From NCBI GenBank assembly GCA_964016885.1, contig OZ024741.1, positions 52,204,001 through 52,268,000 of the forward strand: a stretch of DNA of 64,000 nt, given 5' to 3'. The DNA is from Eledone cirrhosa. Its lineage: Eukaryota. Position numbers and translations under genes: made by a program. Below, piece after piece: positions 52,898 to 64,000 of the stretch (positions are counted from its first letter, which is position 1; each line of letters opens with the position of its first letter). Below the pieces are notes generated by a model. The model was not told the origin of the DNA. It saw only the letters and a list, made by a program, of their open reading frames with translations, and searched no databases.

Positions 52898-52940
52898 CTT
52901 GAAATATTCGACGTCTGCCGGCGAGAAAAACTGTCTTAGA
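52890..52940 (-). promoter_or_regulatory. Putative TSS region with YY1-type AAGATGGCG motif
   Basis: Local CpG-containing patch (ctcgccggcagacgtcg) and AAGATGGCG next to a consensus splice donor in otherwise very AT-rich DNA. Confidence 0.35.
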
Positions 52941-53084
52941 AAAAGCCTCGTTTTAACTTTAACTTAACACCAGCCGGCTGACGATCCCAAAGAGATTTGC
53001 TTAAAAAAAAACCGGGTATGTTAATTGAGACAATTATATTGAGCTTTTCCTTTGCACGTGCATATATATATATGTTGAAAATTG

Positions 53085-53135
<51 letters not shown>

Positions 53136-53153
53136 ATATATATATATATATAT

Positions 53154-53226
<73 letters not shown>

Positions 53227-53242
53227 ATATATATATATATAT

Positions 53243-53314
<72 letters not shown>

Positions 53315-53426
53315 ATATATATATATATATATACAATATATATATATATATATATATACAATATATATATATATATATATATACAATATATATATATATA
53401 TATATATACAATATATATATATATAT

Positions 53427-53488
<62 letters not shown>

Positions 53489-53548
53489 ATATATATATAT
53501 ATATATACAATATATATATATATATATACAATATATATATATATATAT

Positions 53549-53630
<82 letters not shown>

Positions 53631-53711
53631 ATATATATATATATATACAATATATATATATATATATACAATATATATATATATATACAATATATATATA
53701 TATATATATAT

Positions 53712-53778
<67 letters not shown>

Positions 53779-53793
53779 ATATATATATATACA

Positions 53794-53824
<31 letters not shown>

Positions 53825-53873
53825 ATATATATATATATATATATATACAATATATATATATATATATATATAT

Positions 53874-53937
<64 letters not shown>

Positions 53938-53950
53938 TACAATATATATA
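53085..53950. repeat. Compound microsatellite [(TA)n CAA]m
   Basis: About 870 bp of TA tracts regularly punctuated by CAA. Confidence 0.97.
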
Positions 53951-54179
53951 CGTGCATACATATACAGTTGAAAATTGTAAACTTGACTGTCACCACACAT
54001 TATGAACCTGAAGATTGCGAAAGCATGAAAGTACTTGTTCAATTAACACTTAACATTTACTATTCTACCACATACTATTTCATTCTAATACCATTATAAA
54101 TTTTAAAGGATTGTAAATAAAACGAGTAAATCATACAAAGTTGGAATTCCTTTTATTAATATATATATATATATATATA

Positions 54180-54286
<107 letters not shown>

Positions 54287-54303
54287 ATGTATGTGTGCGT
54301 GTG

Positions 54304-54344
<41 letters not shown>

Positions 54345-54992
54345 ATACGCACAAGCAAACACACACACACCCTCATATATATATATATATATACACACAT
54401 TATTTTTTATTTATCAGCTCCGGAATGATAAAATGAAAAGGTGATTTTGACAGTATTTGAAACAAGTATATATGTAGAAATATAATCCAACGCTTGAACG
54501 GAAAGAAACCTCTCTCTTTTTCTGAGTTCAGGGGAATAGATAAGTATTTACACTTCTCAACAGTGTCTTCTAATTAAAAAATAAATATAAAACAATTGTA
54601 GTTATATCTCTCATAAATGGATGTTAAAATTTTCAAACATACGCTGTGTTCTAACATAATATATATTTTTTAATTTCGTTACCAAATGTATGCGTATCAT
54701 GCAAATTATACTTGCCATTTCAGATATATTTTATAATCTGTATAACATATATGGCGTTGCTAAAGTAACTTTATTCCGCAAACAGAATTATGGGGGTAAT
54801 TATTCTTCGATGAGAGCACAATAATGTTTGAAACGCATATGGATAATCTCTTATGCTTTCTGTGCGCGAGGTAGATATGAAACCTTTTGCACTTTACACT
54901 TCATTCATTACACAGCGAAGGCTTCGAATAAGAAACGTTAGTTTTGTCTACGTTTATCGTAAAATCTTGAAATATACGCTTCTTTCAAATAA

Positions 54993-55180
54993 AGTGGATT
55001 GGCAGTATCAGTAGAAAGTCAGATGCCATGCTTTGCAGCATGGAGTTACGGCCCTTTATGATATGAGTTCAAATCCCACCTAGGTTAACATTGCCTTTCA
55101 TCCTAATGAGTTCGATAAAATAAAGAACCAGTAATGCACTGGGATAATTGCTGGCCTTGTGCCAAAAGTAGAAACAATTA
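54993..55180 (+). mobile_element. SINE family A copy
   Basis: Same head, B-box and core. Confidence 0.83.
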
Positions 55181-55630
55181 TATCTATCTATCTATATCTA
55201 TATATTTATACAGTTGTCTGGAAGAAACGATGTTAGCAATTAAATGTATTAAACAAAAATTTGATTTATATTTTGTATATCTATATATCTATATATATCT
55301 AACTAGCAATCTATATATACATATAGTATAGGTTACTCAATTTTGTTGATTACTGAAGGCAGCACCAATGTGAGCACTCAATGATATAACAAGGTGTAAT
55401 AAGATGAAGGTTCATTCTAAAATATTCTTATTTTATATCGACCTTCACAGATATGTTTCATAGATGATTGTGATAGACCTGACTCTAGCATCGATCTGGT
55501 GTTTTGATTGAACCCACATATCTGAAGATCAGATCGATCCGCAGATGGTAACTTCTTTTTCGGTCTTCTAAGGATCTTCACCCTATTTTATAAGCTATTT
55601 TATAGCATCTCAACGCATAAGCACATCATC

Positions 55631-55722
<92 letters not shown>

Positions 55723-55727
<5 letters not shown>

Positions 55728-56661
55728 TATGTATACGTACATACATATATGTATACAGACGTACAGTAGTATGTATATATATATATACATACATGCACAC
55801 ATATATATATGTACGTATGGATTCACCAAACATTTATTATAATGCTCGGTGTGTTTGTAAACAAACATCCCGAATTAAGCCGTACAGTGTCTAGCAACCA
55901 TCGTTGCTCATTAGTTCAACCCTGACAAAGCAACGCTGTACAAGTTTCTAGCTTATTAGCTATCGTCAGCAACATATACCTTCCTGCCAGATGATTGAAC
56001 GTCTGAAAGTATATACTTTCCTTATGCATATTAACGGCTGAGCAGCCTAATTTGCATATCGAGTGAGTTAATCGGCCGGGGTACCGAAAACGATAAACGG
56101 AATAAATGAAACGAAATTTATTTCTCACTCTTAGTACGGCTGTTACTTAAATATAAGTATGTATACGTACGTACATATATGTATACAGACGTACAGTAGT
56201 ATGTATATATATATACATACATGCACACATATATATATCGTTTTCGTTACCCCGGCCGATTAACTCACTCAATATGCAAATTGGGCTGCTCAGCCGTTAA
56301 TATGCATAAAAAAAGTATATACTTTCAGACGCTCAATCGTTTGGCAGGAAGGTATACGTTGCTAACGATAGCTAATAAGCTTGAAACTAGTACAGCGTTC
56401 CTTTGTCAGTGTTGAACAAATGAGCAACGATGGTTGCTAGACACTGTACGGCTTAATTCGGGATGTTTGTTTACAAACACACCGAGCATTATAATAAATG
56501 TTCGGTGAATCCATACGTACATATATATATGTGTGCATGTATGTATATATATATACATACTACTGTACGTCTGTATACATATATGTACGTACGTATACAT
56601 ACTTATATTTAAGTAACAGCCGTACTAAGAATGAGAAATGAAATTTCGTTTAATTTTTTCC

Positions 56662-56666
<5 letters not shown>
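55723..56666. repeat. Tandem plus inverted repeat of an about 430-bp unit between two (TA)n tracts
   Basis: A(55723-55810) B(55811-56094) C(56095-56152) A(56153-56237), then the reverse complement of B, A, C (56238-56666). Confidence 0.93.
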
Positions 56667-56731
<65 letters not shown>

Positions 56732-56799
56732 TCAAGGTTTAGCAAATAAGAAAAAGTTTCAAAATAAATTTCAAAAAATTCACTGTACTCACTATGGTT

Positions 56800-56886
56800 A
56801 CCTTTACCGAATCGGTTTCGAGTCTCAAAAATAAATGGACAGTCCTTGCGGCCCTCCATTTTAAAGATAAACACTCGTCAGAAGGT
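56800..56886 (-). ncRNA. Hammerhead ribozyme with extended stem II
   Basis: ACCTT-CTGACGA-G..(inner AAATGGA/TCCATTT)..C-GAAA-CCGA-T-TCGG-TA-AAGGT; GUA site. Confidence 0.7.
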
Positions 56887-57466
56887 TCTTATCACTCGGG
56901 GAATATAAAATTTCCGAGCTCAAATTACGAACTGGCGCTATTCAAAATTGTACCCGAGATGAGAATGAATGATGTGGAAGCAATTCTGTCCAGTGCCGTG
57001 TGTAAAGATAGAAGCAGAGGCAGGGAGGTCAGTCTACTACCACTATAAATAGCAGCAGTCAAAAACGACCAAATTTTATCTCGACCAATAATAATAATAA
57101 AGAGAATAATAATAGTATATATCCCTACACGCAAAAAGCGTCCAGGGACACATGTATTGTCCAACCATATGCCAATGTGGTTCAATGGATATATGTAGAA
57201 GTTCTATTTAAATTGTTGGGAATTTTCAAACATACAAGCAAATATTTTTATAACTGATATAAAGAACTCAACAAATTATTGGAGTAAAAATACGATATAT
57301 TAACAAATGGAAACTATATTTATAATACCATATTTATTTCATTATACATATTTCCATATTTATTTCATTATACATATTTGACTATCCGGGAGCTTCCAAT
57401 AGAAATGTCGCATTCTTTAAGGGTATGTCAATATTTATTTATAAAACTGATCTATATTATATTTAA

Positions 57467-57542
<76 letters not shown>

Positions 57543-57615
57543 TATATATAGAGAGAGAGAGACATATTAAAACAATGAAATAAAACACAAAACGGTTAAT
57601 TCATAGTAAAATTCA

Positions 57616-57750
57616 TTATTTTACGATCGTTTCTGGGGGGGGGGGGGGTTGTTCCACGTATGTCCATTCAATTATTGATCTATGTAAAATATATTACAAA
57701 ATATAAGAAAACATACATACGTCTTCACTACTCGCCGTCTTCAGAAATAA
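57616..57750 (-). ncRNA. Hammerhead-like motif in the probable terminal repeat of the Penelope element at 63300+
   Basis: TTATTT-CTGAAGA..about 100 nt..GAAA-CGATCG-TA-AAATAA; stem I and palindromic stem III present, stem II expanded or disrupted. Confidence 0.45.
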
Positions 57751-59572
57751 TGATTTTTTTTTTATTGAAGAATACAAAAAAACATACATATGAATAAGTA
57801 ACGTTTTATAATCAGGTTGAGGTTGACCAATAGCAAGAATAGGAAGGGGCAGTATAGATCCTTAAGTTGGTAGTAGTAGTAGATGAATAAATAAGCCGTC
57901 AGGGGATGAGGTGTCAAATGACTTAGAAAAGAAATGAAAGTTGCTAGTGTAAATGAATTTAGACATATTGTATATAAAAGTGTTGATGGTCAAAGAAGAT
58001 TACGGTTGAAGGAAAGGGGGTACTGAGATTAGTGTGTTACATCAAGTAGAATGGTATAGAATAAAGGTTCTCAACGGGGGGCGTTGCGTGGCCCCAGCGG
58101 GGTGTTATGCAGAAAGGGGGCGTTATGCAGTAGGGGGGGGGGGGGCGTTTGAAACTTTGAGGGCGCTAGAAGCTCGTTTAGTTTGGTAAGTTTTATAAGT
58201 CATATTGGTACGTCTCTTAGACAGTCAGTGATTTGAATGAAGAAAACAAAGAAAATAAATTAAAGAAGCTTGTCAACGAATTCCCTAGGGAGATAAAAGA
58301 AAATCAAAAGAAATCAAAGAGAATGAAGGTAAGGACTACTTCAACAGAAATGACAAGAAGAAGCAATGGTGGTGATCATACACACACATACATACATACA
58401 TACATACATACATACATACTCACACACATATATACACATACATACACACACACAGGCCGGCGTTAGTGTTTGATGAAGTTGAGGACCTGGTCAGCTTTCA
58501 GCCAGAAGTGTGGTATTTAACCTCCCTAGGTAATAAAATCTGGCGACAAAAATTTTCTCCTTACCAAAAAATGAAGACATCGTCAGACAGCTTGTTAAAT
58601 AATAAGGTTATGTTTCCGAGGCAATCCAAATTGAATCGACATGGGAACGGACGAAGTATGTGCTTTTGGGTTCTTCATCCGTTCCCCTGTGAGTACCAAT
58701 TCACCCCCACTGGTCTGCGCAGGCGCAGGTCGAGGGGGAAGTTGACCATTAGCTACCGCAGATTTAAACGAAATTCGCTTAGTCAGTTCCCTCTCTCAGC
58801 CAGACAATGACCCATTCAAGCCTGCACCATAGTTTACTGCTACCCATCCCATCTGTGGCAGTCAGCCGAAAGCCAGTGGGGATGGGAGAGTGTTAGTATT
58901 TACAGGTCTCTATACTACCTCTCACTAATCATGGACAGTATAACTGACCATCAACCCCAAAGAGTATATATTTAATTCTATGTATCATAGTTTCATATTG
59001 GAAGTTATAAGTGAAATTAGAACTAAAAATTACAATTTAAAATCGAAAATCCTAAATCAAGTATCAGAAATTATAAATTAAAAAATTAACAATTAGAAAT
59101 TAAACAATTAAAGATTTTTCAAGTGAGAATCCGGATTGAGGTGAGTAAAAATAAAATAATATAGATTGAAGTGAGTAAATAATATGCAGAGAGATGTTTA
59201 AGTAAGAAGTTCTGAAAGGGGTCCTAATGTTACAATTACACTATCTACATACTGAACGATGGTGCCGTACAGTAGAACTGAGGGTAAACTACAGTATTAC
59301 GGGTAGTAGTCAATTGGGTACATAGTCCTAATATGCATCACATGGAACAAAACCAACAAAAACATATATAAAGTACACAAAAGAAAAGAACCAATGAATG
59401 AATGAATGAATGAGTGAATGAGTGAATGAATGAATGAATGAATGAATGCAAAAACACAGAGTACATATATGCAAAGTGATCCATATTATTGTCAATTTGT
59501 CGCGATGTCGCGAGACTGGCGCACAGAACAGTGTCGCCACTTTCGCCATTGAAATATATATCACAGCATTAT

Positions 59573-59760
59573 TGTGGATTGGCAGTATCGGTAGAGGGTC
59601 GGACGCCATGCTTTCCAGCATAGTTACGTCCCTTTACGATCTGAGTTCAAATCCCGCCGAGGTTGACTTTGCCTTTCATCCTTACGGGGTCGATAAAATA
59701 AAGTACCAGTAATGCACTGGGTAATTGCTGGCCTTGTGCCTAAGGTAGAAACAATTATTA
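59573..59760 (+). mobile_element. SINE family A copy nearly identical to 19926
   Basis: Only a few substitutions relative to 19926-20110; (ATT)n tail. Confidence 0.88.
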
Positions 59761-59880
59761 TTAAAGGACTTGAACATCTGAAACTACTTCGCTTTTCCTT
59801 ATTCGATATTTACTCCGTCACTCCTATGTGGAGTAAGTACGTTGAGTGCTTGATTTGAATTGCATCAATATTTACCCTAA

Positions 59881-59923
<43 letters not shown>

Positions 59924-60118
59924 CAAAGTATATATATATATATACAAATAAAGATTCAGCGAGAATCGCATTTCAGCGGGCAGGAAAAGCGAAGCGAAAC
60001 GCAAAAATCAGAAATGATACTGGCAAAGTGCTCCATAGTTAAAAACCAGAGCTAAACAATGTGTGTTAAGAAGCCATACAAAACTGAAAAGGTGGTCAAG
60101 AAGGCATTAACCACCCAA

Positions 60119-60268
<150 letters not shown>

Positions 60269-60568
60269 ATATATATATTATACACACACACACGCACACA
60301 CATATATATATGCAGTGTGACAAGAAGCTTGTTTCCCAACCACATATTTCCGGGTTCAATCCCACTGCCCGAGCCGACCAAAGCCCTGTGAGCGGATTTG
60401 ATAGATCGAAACTAAAAGAAGCCCGTCGTATATATGTATATATGTCTGTGTGTGTCTTTGCCTTTGTGTTTGCCCTCCCACCAATGCTTGTTGGTTTGTT
60501 GACGTCCCCATAACTTACCAATGTGATTCTCCAGCATGGGCGTAGTCCAGAGACAGAAAAAAAGTAAA

Positions 60569-60627
<59 letters not shown>

Positions 60628-60628
60628 A

Positions 60629-61033
60629 GAGGGGTCTCAAACTCAAGGACACAAAAGGGCTATTACGTCCCGGAGGAGAGGCACAGTGGGCCAAACGTAG
60701 TGGTGGGTGAACATTTTCACCAGTTATAATCATTTCTACAATAGGAAGAAGGCATGAAATTTGGGGTTTAGGGTTCAGTCGATTGCATCGATCCTAGTAC
60801 ACAACTGGTACTTAATTTATCGACCCAAAAAGGATGTAAGGCAAAGTTGAGATCGGCGGAATTTGAACTCAGAACGTAAAAACGGAAGAAGTACCGTTAA
60901 GCATTTCGCCAGATGTGCTAACGATTCCACCAGCTCGCCGCCTTATTTTTACCAGTTATAATGCGATATGAAATATTGGTTCTACCACGGGCCACAGATA
61001 AGTAGTTCGCAGGCCGTATGTGTGAGCCCCCTG
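60629..61033 (+). mobile_element. Second copy of the 34820 hAT MITE family, interrupted by a SINE
   Basis: Starts GAGGGGTCTCAAACTCAAGGAC like 34820; ends TGTGAGCCCCCTG; TSD not recognisable. Confidence 0.7.
60731..60944 (-). mobile_element. Full-length tRNA-derived SINE (family A) with 18-bp TSD
   Basis: TSD attt(t)(c/t)accagttataat at 60713-60730 and 60945-60962 (one mismatch); B-box GAGTTCAAATTCC. Confidence 0.85.
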
Positions 61034-62941
61034 CTGGTGATAAATAGATAGATAGATAGATAGATAGCCGTGTACCAAACACACACACATTTCTTACTCT
61101 CTCTGTCCCTCCCTCTTTCTCTCTTCATTTATATATATATATATGTCCAGATGTCCAGAATTAGCCGTCGAAACGGCTTGAGCTCAGCCGTCGGGGTCCT
61201 ACTCGTTCCTATTACCCACTCTACTACCCTAAGTATTGAGTACTTTGGTGCGTTATGGTCCATCTGGTTCCTTACCACATTTCCTTCGTTATATATATAT
61301 ATGAAAATATGGGTGAGAAGAATACTGCTGGTTGCACATGGATAACATGTTATAAAATGAGTCCCTCATCAGTGATTTACCAAACGATCATGGGTATTTC
61401 ATCGCATTAAAAATCATATACCTCACGTTGGAGCGATAATAACTAAAATAAGTTATTAGGACAATAGAAACGCGTAAAGCGAGTGAGACAAGTAAACAAC
61501 ACAGGGGGAAGCTAACCGAAGATGGAAATAAACACAAGCAACATAGTTATTCTTTCAGCATAAGCTGTGTGAATATATGAGCGAGACAGAAAAACAGACC
61601 TTTCGCTAGTGAATCCGGTGTGAGAAAGAATGAAAACCGTTTTCCCAGCGAACGGGAGGAAGAAAGAAGGGGAGAAACAGGGACTGAGTGAGTGGGAGTG
61701 CGAGGAAGAGGTCAGTAGAGAGAAAGAGTTAACTGACGTGGCAGAGGGGACGAAAGAAAGTAAGAGAGAAACAGAGAGAACGAGGGAGCAGTAAGAGAGA
61801 AAAAGAGAAACAGAGAAGTGTGTGTGTGTGTGTGTGTGTGTGTGGAGCGTTGTTATTTGGCGTTGTTGAAAAGAGCTGTGGCCTTTGACCTGGCAATAAA
61901 AAACTGTAGACAAAATTCTTTCTGTACCAAGGCACACACACACACAAGTTTGTGTGTGTGTATGTATATGTGTGTGTGTGTTTCTATCTATGTTTATATA
62001 TAAGGGATAAAAATATTGCTTTCTCAGTCACCAAGCTTCTCAATTCATTCCTTACTACTTACTATTTTGCTACGAGGTATATTAATTTGCAAGGTACTAT
62101 TTTTCCCCTGAGTGTGTGATTTCAGAGAAAGGTAAGAAATTCTTCATATTTTGCATCTTTTGTATTTTGACTTTGCAGTTTCAATTGTCTATCCACTCAA
62201 AATATTACAACAGCTAACAGTGAAATATAGAATTTAAAAAAAAAAAAGCTTTTTCGACTGAGATCAAATGTTTTTTTTTATTTCAAAAATATATAATTTG
62301 AAATAGCTTGATTTTGTTTTGGACTGAAACTTTTTTGTATTTAATTCGTACGAGTATTTTTTCAAGAATTTAAGATAACTTGGTTTGGCCCAGTAATCTA
62401 CTGATATCAAAATCAGTAGTATATTGAAAAATGGAAAAATAGGGTAGAGGGCGTTTCGTGATTTCGAGGGTAAAAAGGGGGCGTTTGGCCGAAATGGGTT
62501 GAGAACCTTTGGTATAGAACAATCTTGAAATGTTTATTTCTTTGTTGTGAGGAATAATTTGTCCTAAAAATATATAATATATAATATAATATAATATAAT
62601 AAGTTGAGGAATATAAATGAAACCAAATGGAAGTGAAATTTAGATATAATATAGATAAAATATTATATAGGTAAGAAAATACTAAAGTTTGTGTAAGTAT
62701 TGTATTGTGTTAGAGTAGTTAGAATGAAGTTTTCTCTGTAGGGAATTATATTTTCGAATAAGAATCTACATTAATAATCTGTTTTTTTTTTTTTTTAAAG
62801 GAGGTTTAAATGGATATCAGTTAACAATTTTGTTAGATTATTGAAAATAATGTAATATATAGTGCTAAATTATAGTTAATTACTTAAAACAGTTATAGGG
62901 ATGAGATATAGGATTTAATCCATGGATTAATTTTAGTAGCA

Positions 62942-62996
<55 letters not shown>

Positions 62997-63299
62997 TAGA
63001 TAGATATACACACGCATATATATACATACACACACGTATATACACACACATACATACACATATATATACATGCACAGACATATACACATACTATATACAC
63101 ACACGCATATACATGTACACTCACACATGTATATATATAGGCATACACTTATGCATACACATACATATACACACACACATATACATATTCACACACACAC
63201 ATATACTCATACATTTTTTCTCCTATATCATTTTCTATATTTGTTTAGTTGTATTTATAATATTTGAATGTCCTTCTAATTTTATGGTTACATACTATA

Positions 63300-64000
63300 A
63301 TTAATTCTTGTCTTTTATTTAATAGTGTCCTTCAATTTAGTAATCTCAAAAATTTCTTGGGAACACAGTCCACACTCCCTTCTATTGCCCTGATAAGAAA
63401 TAGCTCTCTTAAGAATCTTCCAAGTTAGGTTATATTTAATATTCCTTTTTTTACAATTATTAACTGCTTCTGCTAAAGAAGTGGTATTAACTAATTTTCT
63501 GTTTCGGAAACTGTGGGTGTGTGCATAAAATCTCGATTTAAATGGATTAGAAGTGGATCCTATGTAAGATTGATTAGAGTCCCTAGTAGTGATTACACAT
63601 TTATATACTATATTATTAATTAAGCAATTTCCATTTAAGGGGCAATTATCTTTTATTCAACAATTACAACCGTTTGTATATAGGGTTTCAGATGTGCTAT
63701 CCATATTCTCAATAATAGTGCTAGTATTTGTGTTTACCTTTTTATTTGGGAGAGAAGGGTTTACGGTTGGGTGGTTGCGGCCCGAATTGTTGTTAGTTGG
63801 TGAAATTATACTGGATATAGCGTTTATAGAGTCATGGTTGCTTTGGAAGCTATTGGTTAGATTGGGTATGTAATTCTTAGTCCCTATTAAGGATGAGGAA
63901 GATGGTAGTTGGTTGTAGGCTGCTGTATTGTGCTGGTGAGGTGAGTGAGCAGATGTAGCAGGTGGGTATGCAGTAATATTCTGGTTACGCGTTGTAGTAT
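63300..64000 (-). mobile_element. Penelope-like element, GIY-YIG endonuclease remnant (continues beyond window)
   Basis: GCNC*IKDNCPLNGNCLINNIVYKCVITTRDSNQSYIGSTSNPFKSRFYAHTHSFRN..WKIL..CGLC; in-frame stops show decay. Confidence 0.88.

Overview
Eukaryotic, AT-rich, microsatellite-dense DNA. The SINE families, (TA)/(CA)/(GA) load and a mollusc-type vitelline-envelope ZP gene point to a coleoid cephalopod, most likely Octopus (inference). Nearly all ORF-track entries are microsatellite artefacts. One real gene can be assembled on the - strand: a secreted ZP-domain (VEZP/VERL-like) egg-coat protein with phase-compatible exons at 38365-38073, 36602-36336 and 33713-33171, and two alternative phase-1 start exons (39761-39719 or 52897-52876). 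The rest is transposon debris: a near-full-length decayed CRE-clade retrotransposon with an N-terminal PHD finger, mariners, hAT elements with 8-bp TSDs, a non-autonomous Helitron, Penelope, RTE and CR1-like fragments, and many tRNA-derived SINEs. The most notable unannotated signals are at least seven minimal type I hammerhead ribozymes (some with compensatory base changes) in Penelope-type terminal repeats next to (TA)n tracts, several long hairpins including a circularly permuted inverted repeat, and a 3.7-kb 24-bp minisatellite that reads as a Thr-rich mucin on the gene's sense strand. Coordinates were read by eye; TE boundaries without a TSD are approximate.
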